A stretch of DNA of 63,926 nt, counting the filler, from Intoshia linei (Eukaryota; Animalia; Orthonectida): NCBI GenBank assembly GCA_001642005.1. It is 5 parts of 5 records of this genome, joined end to end, with 100 filler letters (N's around TTAATTAATTAA, not from the genome) between each part and the next. Parts side by side here need not be neighbours in the genome. Positions count along the whole stretch, not along the records: positions 1 to 23,943 come from LWCA01000540.1; positions 24,044 to 30,357 come from LWCA01001689.1; 3 more parts are not named here. One strand, written 5' to 3'. The notes below the pieces were generated by a model. That model saw only the letters and a program-made list of their open reading frames with translations, did not search any database and was not told the origin of the DNA. Both the position numbers and the translations under genes were made by a program. Below, piece by piece: positions 13,048 through 27,000 of the stretch. The number at the start of each line of letters is the position of its first letter. Position 1 is the stretch's first letter.

Positions 13048-16000
13048 TTATTCATATAATTCCGCCATTAAATCTTCAATAGAGTATGTCAACAAATGAT
13101 TCCATTGTTTAAGGTTTGAATTAGCATTTTCATATGGCTTGCTCATTTGAGGTATTATTTTGGATAAACTTTTGTATACTGGTAGGGCAATCTCTGATAG
13201 AAATTGTATTTGTATTTTTGGTATATCTGCTACATTATTTAAGTTGAATGAACGTTTTTGGTTCAAGGATTCTTCCAAATCTCCTTGAGCATTAAATTCT
13301 TCGTAAACTTTAAGCTAAAAAATAATGCATTTTAATAATAATTTCATAAATTATACATGTCAAATTGTATATTAATATAATTTTAATATTACTGCAGTCT
13401 GTTTTGAATTTTCCCAAGTTTTTGTTACATCGCATAAATCACAACATGTTATTATTAAACATTTTAAAAGTTTTCGATGGCTTTTGTCTTGTTTATTATA
13501 TACACTGTTTGCTAATTTTTCAATATCTTTTACAATTTTTAAATGATTTGATAAATCTGTTGCAAGAATAATTTCATGAATAGATTCCAATAAATATGCA
13601 TAATTCTCGCGATTGGAATTTTCAAATATATTACATCCTTCTACGTTTAATATGTTTAGTGTTTGAGCAAAATGATGTTCTTCCATTACAGAACCATGTG
13701 AGCTGTATAATGATGATAATGTCGATTTAGATTGCAAATGAAATGCATTATTGGTTCCTCGGTGGTCTAAAAGTTACATTATAAAGCAGTATATTCCAGG
13801 GGTTTAAAATTTAAATCAAAAATATTTATTGTTAATAACAATTTGTTATCCAATATATCAGGGTAACCAATCTTTTCAGTTCTCTCAATAAATGAATAAA
13901 TAATAAATTCCCACTTTTAAATACAATATTCGTGAAATTTAAATAATTTTTTACATAATATTGTTAATAATTACATTTTATCAATATCTAGCTCGGCTGT
14001 TTTGTACTTTGTACAAACAACACCTAGCTATGCCGAGGATAGCTTTTTAATTTTTACAATAAAAATAAAATCTTGCATAAAAATGTTACTACTATTCACT
14101 CTTATTAATCTGTTAAAGGAATGATTCCAAACGTGTGAAAGCAATTTTTTATTTTCAAATTCTCGGACCATTAATTATATCAAATTTTGTGTTTTAATGA
14201 AATAGTTACCGAAAAAAATAATCAATAGTAAATTTATTTGTTTTAAAATACGACAAAAAAAATTTTCTGAAATATTTTATTAATAAACAAAAAATGTGAA
14301 ATAAATAACGGTGCGAAAATTTAAAAAAAGATTATTCTGATAGAGCTTATTCCAGTTGATATAAATACGAAATTTCAATCTCTGAAATTTACGCATTCCC
14401 GGTGAAAAATAATTTTTAATATATTATTAACCAATATTTTTCAAATAAAAATTAAAAATAGAAATATTAGGGTTACCAACATTAAGTTATTCTCAACCCG
14501 AATTTTTGAGCGAAGCATGTTATTTTTTTTGTTATTTAAAAAATTTTTGATGGAGCACTCTTTTACTTTAGGATCTCTTTTTCAAAAAATAATAACAGTT
14601 TACACATCTTATACATCAAATACAGTCGCTTATTCATCCAATATAAATAAAATATGTCTGATCTGATGATAATGATTGAAATTATTAAATTACCCTGAGA
14701 AATATCATTTAACCTTGAGCCCTGAGTTAAATTTGAAAACCCGAAGTCTCAGGGGGAAAATAACGCAGTTGACAACTCTAGTAAATATTGATCCTACAAT
14801 TTCAAAAAAATGTGCATTGAACGTATACACATTTCCAATAATGAAATATGGGTGAAAATTTATATAATTCATTCCTTCGGAATTTTTGTCATTGCTACGC
14901 AATTTTTAATATTATACACAAAATATATTACATTTTGTCTAATAAATTAAAAAAATGGGATAACAATTGTTTTTAAAATTTTTTACGCAAATATTAACAA
15001 TATAAAATTAAAATGGAATAATTTACTTTAAAGTAAAAAGTAATGTGATATGATGGTTCCACCTGAAACAAATTTGGGGACCACTCTTTTAAAAGATTGA
15101 TAATAGTGAATAGTAGGATTTTTAAGTTAGATTTTCAACGTGAATTAATTTTTTTGGTATAATTAAAATGTGCCCTCAGTAGAGCTAGGTTCTGTTTGTA
15201 CGTAGTACATAACAGTCAACCTAGTCTTTTATAAAAAATATCTTTCCCTCAAACAATTATTATTGTATTGAAAAAAGTATATAGTTTTTTCTAAAAAAAA
15301 TTTTTAAAAATTAATTAAAATTGATGCACAGGGGGACCCAGACATAAAATAAAAATGGAATTTGGAAAAAATGATTTGATTATAAATATTATTTGCAAAC
15401 AATAAAAACTATTAATACCAATCAATATGTTAACTTTTAAATGCTTTTTTATTATTTATAAATATACCTAAATCATGGCAAAGACAAGAAACAATTATAA
15501 CAAATATATCAATATAATCGAGGTACAATGTGATATCGCAAACAGTATTCATGACATAAAAAAAATGAGCAACAGAAAAGGCATGTAACCAGTTATGATA
15601 TGGTAAATCTCTATATCCATTTCTGACACCAAGTATAAAATGGGCAAGAGTTTTTTTGTTAATTTTAAATGCGTGTTTTGGTACAATTGTCAACACCATA
15701 TTGAATGCAACATGAGTAAAATCATTAATTTGTGTATTACAGCGAGGTTGAAATTCAAAATTATTCAAATCTTTTATTTTATCACTAGTATAATTGATGC
15801 TGTTTTCAATAATTGAATTTATTTGATTTTTGTCAACTTTCATATAAAAAAGCATCATTTCACTTGCTAATTTTGATCGTTCGGAAGCTTTTCGAAGATT
15901 TTGATAAATAAGACTATGAGATATACTCAAATAACAATAAAGTCCAAATGTATTAGCCATACGTTCATCATTTTCTGTGAAACTACTTAAACCATTAGTT

Positions 16001-16970
16001 AGCTTTTTATTGCATAACTGAGCTACAGCCATAACTTGATTATTTTCATCTTTTATTGGAAAACATAAAATATTTTTTGTTATAAAACCAGTCATTTTAT
16101 CAATATCTTCGTTAAATAATGGATGAGCATAAGCATTTTCTATATTTAATACTTTTCCAGTTATAGCAACATGACCTGCTATACCTCGATCTATTGGTAT
16201 ACGAAAAGAATTTTTGGGGTTAATATCTTCTTTATCCATTTTTCCAAACACTAAAAATACAATACAATGTATTATAATTATACATGTACTAAAAATTACC
16301 TAACGCGACCAACTCATTATCTTCCTTAATAAAGACGGAACATCTTTCACAATTTGTTAATTTTTTTGCTTCGTCCATAATTGCCCATAAAAGAGAATTT
16401 AAATCATCTAAAAAAGATTACTTTTAATGAAAAACAATTTTTTTAAAAAATTTACCTAAATTGTTAAAAAATTTTCTAATAATTTTCAAAAATATCTAAA
16501 AAATATTAAAAAATTCGTTTAATAAAACTTACTTGGTTATGATTTGATCTCTTGCGTTCAAATTTCAATGTTTCTGCATTTTTAATTAGCGTAAAGAGAT
16601 ATTTCATCATTTTATTATATTCGGAAATAATATTTTTTACATCAATTTTTTTTTTTGCAGCAAATACGACTACACCCAAAGATTCATTTTGTTTTGAATT
16701 TAAAACTTTTTTGAATAAAACATTTTCCCATGTGTTTTTTCCAAATATTTTTGTCATTTCATTATCATGTTTCTAGGTGTAATTATAATAGATTTTTCAT
16801 CAAATTTATTTTTATTACTTTTACATCTTTTCCTTTTAAATGTTGAAATTTATTATACTTGTAAACATTGGATATTACATTTCCACTGGACTAATTTTTC
16901 ATTTATATTATATATTAAGTTAAATTACTTCAAAATATACATCTTCCGGTAATATTTTTGATCCGACAAC
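13048..16970 (-). CDS. PDE2A: cGMP-dependent (PDE2-type) cyclic nucleotide phosphodiesterase with GAF and HD catalytic domains; 5' end unresolved
   Basis: GAF motifs GIAGHVA...FNEDIDKMTGFITKNILCFPI...VAQLCNK. Catalytic PYHNWLHAFSVAHF, SCLCHDL|DHRGTNN, SHGSVMEEHHFAQ, ILATDLSNH and CCDLCD. These fit PDE2-type signatures. Confidence 0.85.
13988..15224. mobile_element. Two oppositely oriented Helitron-like copies in a PDE2 intron
   Basis: CTAG plus hairpin ends at 13988 (minus strand) and 15221-15224 (plus strand, CTAG|T). Internal sequence is shared with the 27075 copy. Confidence 0.6.
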
Positions 16971-19699
16971 CTGTTAATGTTTACAATTAGTTTTTTGCTT
17001 TTACATAATATTTATTACCATTAAATTGTAAAAGTAATATAAATATTAATGGATTTTAAATTGAGGTTACTAAATCATTTACGATATTTTAAACGAAAAT
17101 CGATAAAACTAGAGATTATGATACAAGAAAAACTCATTTTATGGTTTTTAATATTTTAATACTAATATGTGTGTTATGCATAACTAATAACTATTATAAT
17201 AATAACTACAGTATTATAACCAACTAACTATGCTCTTTTTTAAAAAATTATATTCGTAGAAATGTAATTTATTTTCGAAAATTCCCGGTAATTAAATTTA
17301 ATGGGTTTACACAAGTTCATGAAATTTTTTAACCAGTTTTTTCCAAAAATTTATTATTGCTAGAAGACCCGAACCTATCATACCTGACTCCTATTTGACT
17401 AAATTGACAAGTTAAGAAACTATATTCTTGAATATCATAAGTTATGATTCATAACTACATAATACATAAGTATATTGCATGTTAAATTTAAAATATCAAG
17501 TCCATGAGTAGTTTTATGTTTAGTTTTAGTTCCATAAATCCATGGAGAGATGGCTAGGGTTATATGAGAATAGGTCGTTTGCATCGTTTATGGAAAAAAT
17601 TTAAATACCTTTTTTCATTTTTAAGTGAATTAGATTAGTAAGTTGGGATTTAATTACTAGGCCGCCTATTTCATTTTTTGTTTGTATTTATCATCAATTT
17701 ATTAAGCACTGACAAAGATTTTTAATTTTATTTACATTTTTATATTTTCAAGCGATGCAGATTTTATGAAATTCATGAAATATTAAAAAAAGCAACATTT
17801 AAAACGAAATTTGCAAAAAATAATGATAAAAATATTATTATATTATTTTTTTTAGTTTTAACGGTATTATTATTTAAATATCCTAAAAATATATTTTTTC
17901 AATATTTATGAAAAATTCGTTGCAAATTACATTTTTTCAATATTTTTGAAAAATCACCTAAAAATTATTTAAATTTTCATAAAAATAGATACTTTGCTAG
18001 ATTTAGTCAAACTGTACATTAAACTAGGAATTCTCAATCCTTATTTACAGTGGAGTCCACAGTGTGGACTCCAAAAAATTACATACATTACATCAGAGAT
18101 GGGAAGCATTAATTGTTCGAATGCCGCACTAATGTCCTAAAAAAATTTAACAAAATACAGCAGTGCTTCTTATGCGGGTGACTGGTCACCCCAAGGTGTG
18201 AATAATTTTAGATGGTTGTGATAAATGATAAATTTTTAGCATAATGTATTTAATTTAGTATCTTATCTTAATTTATAAATCTTATGAGATAAAACCAAAA
18301 TTTTATTACCTCTTAAGGAAAAATCTTCTTTTACCAATATTTTTTTGAAAAATTCCATTTTATCAAACGTTTAGATCAAAAAGGTTTCTATTTGGTCCCA
18401 AGAGTAAAAACCAAAACGAAATTACGGCGAAAACCACAAATTACCCTTTTTTGTAAAAATTAAGAAAGTTTTATAATGTTATACAACATATATTCTGAAA
18501 TGGTTTTTAATTTCATAAGCATTATTATAAATGGTAACCTCAAAAAAAGTAATTTTTGTAATAAAAGTAATAATGTAAAACAACTGATGATAAAATTATA
18601 TTCAGTTAACACACAAAAAAATTTTCAATCTGATTAAGTGACGCTTTCATAATCAAAAAAGCACTTTAATAGTTATTTTTTTATTATATTATTTTATTAG
18701 ACCTATTAAATTTGAAATAATTAACGGTCAATTAAATTAATAAAATTAAAAAAAAGAAGATTATTCTGATACAGCTTATTCTAGTCGATATAAATACAAA
18801 ATTTCAACACCAGAAATCTACACATTCCCGGTGAAAAATAATTATATAATTAATAATTAATATTTCTGAAATGTTGGATTAAAATTAAAAATGAAAAAGT
18901 AAATAATCATCCTACAATTTAAAAAAAATAAATGCTGATTGTATATACAATGTATATAGTATATATATACTATATACCCAATATATTCATATATACATTT
19001 CCAATAAAGAAATATGGGTGGAAATCTATATAATTGATTCCTTCAGATTTTTTTTTATTGTTACGCAATTTTTCATTCAATGCTACGTAAAAACAACATC
19101 TATTTGCGTATATAGCAGGGTTCTCAACCTTTTTTCAGAAGGGCCAGATTTATCAATATATAATTATTTAGGACCATCGCGGATCACAATTTTTATTTTA
19201 TTGATAGACAATTTATAAAAGAATAGTTGACAATTAATGAGAATTGATTTTTGGGGGATTATAATTGAAATATCGGTAAATTTAAATTATTAAAAATATT
19301 CGGCGGACCACGAAAAATATAAAAAGGNATTATTTTATACTAAATAATGTTGAAATTTTATTTTATATCTTAATTGAGCCTAAATATTAATATTCCCTGA
19401 TCCGAATGTGTTGTGCTACATACAAAAAACATATATTTGTATGTATACAACAGGGTTCTCAACCTTTTTTCAAAAGGGCCAGATTTATCAATATAGAATA
19501 ATTTAGGACAATAGCGGACCACAATTTTTATTTTATTGATACAAATTTATAAAAGAGTAGTTGACAAATAATGAGATTGATTTTTTGAGGTTAATAATTG
19601 AAATATCGGTAAATTTAAATTATTAAAAATATTCGGCGGACCACGAAAAATATAAAATGGGCCATATTTAAGAATCATTGATATACAGTAATCGATAAC

Positions 19700-20134
19700 G
19701 GAATAATAATTTATTATGCATAAATAGGTAATTTTGCTTCTCTTTTTTGCGAAATTAATGGAAAAATTGCTTTATCCATGTTATCATTAGATCCCAATTT
19801 CAAAGATTTTCGATTTTTTAAAATTTTGTGTAATCATGGTTCATTTTCATAATATGTCCTTATTTTTGAATATAGTCACAATAGTTGATCTAGCCTTATT
19901 AAATTTTGCAGCTACTTGACCGTAGGTTTTTCCTGATTTCACCTCATCAATTATTTTCATTTTATCAAACAAATTTAGACTATCTTTTAATTTTCATTAT
20001 CGTTAATTAGTTTTCAAATGTGGCGCCTAATTACCTTTATTTATTAGTTGTAATTTAAATTTGTCTTAGTTATAACAAAAATAGCACAAAATTATTATTC
20101 ATATTGCTGTATGTATAATCGAGATTCCACTGTA
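19700..20134 (-). mobile_element. Tigger/pogo remnant (N-terminal psq-type HTH plus one TIR)
   Basis: Minus strand reads LNLFDKMKIIDEVKSGKTYGQVAAKFNKARSTIVTIFKNK. The end reads TA|CAGTGGAATCTCG. Confidence 0.65.
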
Positions 20135-20879
20135 ATTATAATGTATTACTATAATATATAATGTATAATGTATATTATATAATATCAACATGTCAGATTT
20201 ATCAACTTTTTATGTGCCCAATAGGATGAAGAACATTTTACCGATGGAATAAATAGAAAGTGAGAAAATAATTCGTTGATTTCATTCAATCAAATATTCA
20301 TTTATTTTTTAGTTATATCGCTATCGAAGGGTAAATTATAATAAATAATACGGTGAACAAAATATACATTTATATTCTAAAGTTTATAATACATTTATAA
20401 TAATGATAATAATATAAAGTATAAATATAATAACTGTATTATTATTCACCATTTTCCGAAAATTATAGGCTTTAATTGCATGATTGTTATGGTGTTAGTT
20501 TTCATGTATTAGGGGTGTCAATGGTTCTATATACAAATTAGTTAATGCCTATGTATTGATCAAATTAAAATTTCGATATCCAGAAAATACTTTTTTTATT
20601 AATGTCATAATTCTAGGAAGAAGAAATTCATTTGGTAAACATTTAATATGGTACATTTCACGAGCCTCTATATGAGGGGTGTTAGACTCAATTTGCTTGA
20701 CGGGCCAAATTTGAAAAAAAATCATTAATGAAACCATCATTAAATTAATTAATAATAATATTATTTAATAAGATACAATAATATAATTATATATTATATA
20801 TATATTGATTATAATAGAATAAGCGTGTAACTAATGTTAAAATTGTAATCATAAATAAATAAATCATGAAAAATATTGG

Positions 20880-21140
20880 AAAAAGGGGATTTTGTTCATT
20901 AAGGGTTGGTAAAATTGGATTTTTTATTTTGGGTTTTGTATTAAGAAGTTGTTGCTCATATAATTTAGTAGAATCGGATTTTTCAAATAGAAGGTTGGTA
21001 AATTTGGATTTTTCATTTAAGAGTTAGTAAATTTGGATTTTTCAATTAAGGTTTGGTAAAATTGAATTTTTTATTTTAGGTTTTGTATAAAGAAGTTGTT
21101 GCTAATGCGATTTGGTAAAATCGGATTTTTCCATGTAGGG
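20880..21140. repeat. Degenerate minisatellite (~30-35-bp unit GGTTGGTAAAATTGGATTTTT), probably internal to a MITE family
   Basis: Repeated TTGGTAAAxTxGATTTTT units. A related array lies at 55918-56230. Confidence 0.65.
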
Positions 21141-23581
21141 TTTAATTAAATATAGGTATAATAATAAATATATAAAAATATAGGTAAAAGTCGATTTTTC
21201 CCTAAATGTTTGAAATCGCATTTTTTATTAAATTTTATTAATGGTGGGATAAAAGTGGGATTTTTTAAATAATAAGGTAGCGTCTAAGCTTTGGGATAAA
21301 ATCCAAATATTTGGCAACTCGGTAATAAATATTAAAAATTCGGCTATAAAAATAAACAAAAGTTGATTAAAATTGTTTTATATTTAAATGTAACGAATCC
21401 CAGGCATAGAGTTTTAGATCCTAAAGGATCCAGGTATATATATACACATAGACCGCAATCGAGAACCACTACTCTAAATGGTTGGTAAAATTGTATTTTT
21501 TCTTGCAGATATAGAATAAATTTAAAATTAGACAAAATTTTTCATAATTCCGGAAATAACGAAATGGCTGATTTTTTATTATTATTTTAACGGACGGTAA
21601 CATATAAAATAATTATAATATAATACCAGCTGTAATTTGACCATAAGATTGACATACAAGTGTAGAAATTAAAAAAATTATAATTTTCATATTTCTGATA
21701 CTTTTCATAGTATGATTGTAAATATTTAGCTAAAATTGAAGCTATTAATTAATAATTGTAATGTTAAAACTTATAAACTATAATATAAATACTTAAAATG
21801 TTTTCTTTCATTATATATATAATATTGTTATAGTAAAGTTAAGAATGTATGAATTACTATTGTCACTTGCTAATAGATTTGTATCAAAATTTTTCTTACA
21901 TCTCATTCATTTTAACATTTACAACAATGTTAACGACAATGAAAAATAATACGTCTTAACACACATTTTAATAGTAAATATTCTTTAACGCCTACATTAA
22001 ATTCGTTTTAGACTAACTAAACATCGCACCTATCACGGCATTTTAAATTTAATGTTTAACATTTATTTAAATTTTTTTATAAATATATACCCGTAGACTT
22101 CTATTACTCTTGCGAAATGTAATAAATTATATTTTAAACAAAGAGTGTAACGGTTCGGGTAATTTCAGACAAAAATTAACATTTTAACACAAAATACACT
22201 AAGGATTCACAAAAGATTCTTATAATAACAATATTTATAATATTCTCTCTTCATTTCGCCAGTTTCGTATTTTTTCATTTTATATTTCTGTTTTTAATTT
22301 CTATATTTACGAATATTTTGTTAGAATAAATATTTAAATTTCTAATAAGGTCTAATTGGCAGATAATACTGTCTCGTTATAATATAATACACGATGAATA
22401 ATAAAAAAAAATTAAAAAAAACAAAATTTTTATAAATTTTAAATATCAAAAAATCTTACTTGACTATTAAAAATTTCCACTCTGAATAAATAGGTAAAAA
22501 TAAAATGAAACTTAATTTAGCAATAAAATTTTATCTTATTAATTGACCCCAATATTTAATAATATGACATACATGATACATGTATGTATTTATCATTACA
22601 AAATTCATGTATCATGTTATCGTGTTAATTTGAATAAACTATAATATTGAAATTATGGAATGATTATTAAATGTACACAGTAAATATATCTAGTTTCATA
22701 CATTATTTTAGATATAAATTAATTTTTTCCATTAAATTTTCAACACAATCAAAGTTTTATAATTAATAATAGTAATTAAATAATGTGTGTATAAAGGTCA
22801 GGAAGATATCTAACCGAAAATAATTTCACAATGACATGGTTTAATTTAGCATGAGTAACAATTTTTATCTATAACATTTTAATTTCATTTTACGTTTATC
22901 CTTTTTAAAAAATGTTTTATTGACTGGACCAAGGTATGGAAAAGTTTCTAATAATCCTTACTTATACAATATGTATAAAGTAAATTGGATAAAAATGTAT
23001 GTATGTTTATTTATTCCAGTTTATTTAAGAAAATAAGATGATTCGAGTTTTACAAATTCCATATTATCCCATTAACGGCCAAAACCAAATTAGACATGAT
23101 AAATAAAAAATAATCTATAAACATTTCATATAATATTGCCTTAATAAGATATAAGCTGATAAAACATAAAAAAATAAACACGAAGGAAATATAAAGATGT
23201 TCGTAAAAACGAACATTGGCCTATCAACTGAAAAATTATACAGTATTGGCCATATAATAATAATTTATAAAAAATTGTAAATATGGTTATATCTTTTGTT
23301 ATTTTAACATTAGATTATAATATTGAGCAAATATAGAAAGCTGAATTTTTATTCATTTAGAAAATGCATTGTTAAGCATTAAAACATAAATCCAACAAAT
23401 AAATTATAATTCAAATGCGCATCTAAAATATTGCGTATTTAGATTAACACTATTAGAGAGACAAAAATATGAACTTCTCTTTGTTATTCACGTAATCGAT
23501 GCTAATATCGTTTTAATATAAATCCTATCATTGTTATAGTTCTGCACGTTTATTTTTATTTTTGAAATTTCTTCATCTGCT

Positions 23582-23943
23582 ATGGGGAAAAAACAGGACA
23601 TTTCTTCTGAAAAAAAATCTATTATAATTGGTCAATCATACAAAAAAATTAGAAAACCCCTCCTTTCTACACGAATGAAAAAATCAAGTATGAAATGGGC
23701 AAAGTTATATCAAAATTGGAAAGATAAAGATTGGAATAAAGTTAGTGCTTTCAATATTAACAAAAATATAATTATATTTAAATTAATATTAATTAATATT
23801 TTGGAGGAAATATATTATTTTATTCTCGGATGAATCAATGATAACTGTCATGTGTGATCGATCAACTCGAGTTCGGAGAAAATCCAGTGATCCTCAAGAT
23901 CAGATTGTGTAAGACAAACTGTAAAATTTCCAGCGAAAGTGAT
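23582..23943 (+). mobile_element. Tc1-like transposase fragment
   Basis: MGKKQDIS..., KKIRKPLLSTRMKK..KWAKLYQNWKDKDWNKV, then FSDES and ..VRQTVKFPAKV. Truncated by the gap. Confidence 0.75.
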
Positions 23944-24043
23944 NNNNNNNNNNNNNNNNNNNNNNNNNNNNNNNNNNNNNNNNNNNNTTAATTAATTAAN
24001 NNNNNNNNNNNNNNNNNNNNNNNNNNNNNNNNNNNNNNNNNNN
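23944..24043. other. Scaffold gap with artificial TTAATTAATTAA six-frame-stop linker (same structure at 30358-30457, 52333-52432 and 62392-62491)
   Basis: An identical 100-nt N-linker-N block occurs four times. Confidence 0.95.
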
Positions 24044-24086
24044 TGTTCATTATGATTATTTATCATTGATAACATTTTTAATTTAG

Positions 24087-27000
24087 TATGCAAAAATAGA
24101 ATACCGAAATGTAAGACATGTTCAAAAGACGGACAAACATGCATAATCTGTGAAGAGAATTATAAATTAATAAAAAGATTTTGTTATGGTATATATAATT
24201 ATATAAAGTTACATAGTGAAACAAGTGATTTTGAAGTAGATTTTTTTAAAATATAAATATTGTTACATTAAAAATTATTTACATTGACTTGCGATTTAAC
24301 ATGTAATTTTAATGTTATAATATTTATATGACATAGATTGATATAGTATTATTATTAGATTGCCAAAATTTCTTACAAGTCGATTTGAAAAGATATCAAT
24401 TTAAACAAAAATATATTGCAAAATAAAAATTTATTATTGCTAATTTGAAATTTATATTTTTTTATAATTCAAAAATTTTTAAAGTTACATATTTTTTTTA
24501 TAAGTTACAATTGCTTTATGTTATAGATTAAAAATAAATTGCCGTATTAATAACATTTCAAGTTATTTATTCATTTATTGGTATATTTATTTAGAAAATT
24601 AGAGATTATATTTAAGTAATTTGTATAGTAAATGCATTTTGTGTTGAATATAATATAAAAATGTAACTTTGAATACAAATTGTACTAAGAAAGTTGGGTC
24701 AAAATTTTTAACAACGTGTTAAATTTATATTTCACCACTTTAATTGAGAAATTCAAACAAAAAAAATACAGCGTTAACCAAATTTCACAAAAAATTCTGG
24801 ACGATTCTTCACAAATGTTGTTTTCTTACTTTTTTTTAAAAAAAAATTAGATATGATATTATCAAAACTAATATTTTTTTTAATTGACATTAAGGAGAGC
24901 GCATTCAAACGAGGTTTAAGCTAAGCAATTTCGAAGTTTATTCTTAATTATTTTTAGTTTAGAAAATGTTCAAACTTCAATAAACTTTAAAATTTATAAA
25001 CTGATTCTTAAGATAATAATGTGAAGTATTTTTTAATAAATTGGAGCTTAGTTTTAAGATATAAATGTAAAGTACTTTTATTAATTTAGGGGCCTTTTTT
25101 TAAAATATAAATGTAAGTACTTTTATTAATTAATAGTACTTTTTGATGTTTTTATTTATGATAATGTGAATTATTATTTTTGTACATTTACGTGCAAGTT
25201 ATATTTAATTTTAGTTTTATTATTCAGAAGTTAACTTAAAAAAATAAATTTTACGCAATGGATAAACTATACAAAATAATATTTTATTTTTAATTTCCAG
25301 GATCGAATAATCGCAAAATAATGAAGAAAAAAATTTCATTTATTGTAAAACGGTTAATAAATAAAGCACTTATTTTTGATATTAACAATATAAGTTTCAG
25401 TTTATAATTGAAATCAATGGTTTTTAACTTTTTTTGACAATGAACTACTGGTAAAATAAAAAAATTCTTATAATTTTGTAGAATATGACGCATATCATTA
25501 GTAGGTTAAAATTGAAAAAATAGTTGTTTAGATATGTATGTAATTATTATTAACAAAATATATAATTTGATAGCCCAAAAAGTTACATTTATTATAAATA
25601 TTACGTAGGTAAATTACACTATATTTTTTTCTTTTAGTTCCCAATTGTAAAAAATATAGTCTTCACGAGCATCCTATAACTGGTGATGCATGTATAAAAT
25701 GTGATTTGGGATTTTCAAAAAAAAATTCCGGTGATGCATGTAAAGGTAACAATTATTATATTTTACTATTTAACAGGTTAGTGGAAAAGCATTTAGATTA
25801 TATAATTAACATAATTATTTTGAATATCTTAAAATGTTAACTTTAATATAATAAGATTATATTTAAAATAGGTGACTGTTATGTACTACGTACAAACAGT
25901 ACCTAGTTCTGTTAAAGCTTACAAACCCTGTTTTAATCGCTTCGTGGTTTGTATATATTTTGTTCTTTTAATTTAATTTGTTTGTTAGGAATATAATTGT
26001 CAGTGTGGTAACTTTTACTTTTCTAGACACGTTTATCGTAGTGATGTTTCATTCGATCCATGTAATTACGATTGTGGAAATTAATGGTTTTTTTGAATGT
26101 CTTCATCCCAGTTTTCAAAATTTTTTGTACATCGGGTTCTTAGTTTTTTGCGAAAGGTTCTGTTCAGCCGTTCTACAGTACCGATTTTCTGGTGGTAATA
26201 AGCTTTATTTTGAGTAAATGTACTTGATACTTTAAAATGTTTGCATAGTAGTTTAGTTAATGCTGTTTCGAATTGGTTACCCTGGTCGGTAAATTTCAAA
26301 TTCTTATTTTCAAAACATTTTATTTTTTACAAAATATTTTAATGTGTTAATAAACATTATTTATTCGTTTAGAATGTATACACGTGTACCTAGTTTTGTT
26401 TAGAGTACATTTATATTCTACCAAAAAAATAAATTTAATTAACAAAACACTTTTAATTATATTTAATCTTTAATTTTAATTTAATAAATATTATATTTAA
26501 ATATAATCTCTCCTAACTAGAACAATTTTTTTAATAATCTAACGACTGATTTTAGTAACATTTAGCTATTATCAGTAATTTTTAAAAAATATGATATGTA
26601 GACTAGACATGACTAATTTAAAAAATAAGTTAATTATAAATGTTTGTATGTTGAAACAATGAGAAAATAAATATAAAATAGTGTAATAATTTTAAAGTTC
26701 GTCGAAATTTTAAAAGACATACGCCATAATTTAAAAGCTTTATTTTATATATATAATATATAGTTATAACATTTGTCGCAATAAATTTTCCATTCAAATA
26801 TATTACATTAGAAACATCCCATATTTCTATTAATATGTTTATTATTCCTTGTTCATAAATTAGCATACATTTTTTGTTTTTTTGATGGATATTTTTGAAT
26901 GTATGACCAATTTAGCAGTACTGGAAGTATTATGACGTTTTAAAACATTCTTACTATATAAAACAATAGATTCTAAATTTTTCGGATCATTTAAAATTAC

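Noticed and set aside
19105-19690. Tandem ~220-bp duplication starting CAGGGTTCTCAACC
   Set aside because: The first copy ends at a single n (19328). Probably a haplotype/overlap artefact or ordinary hAT-MITE copies.
23944-24043. Palindromic TTAATTAATTAA motif recurring four times between N runs
   Set aside because: Artificial gap linker with stops in all six frames; not biological. Order and orientation across these gaps are uncertain.
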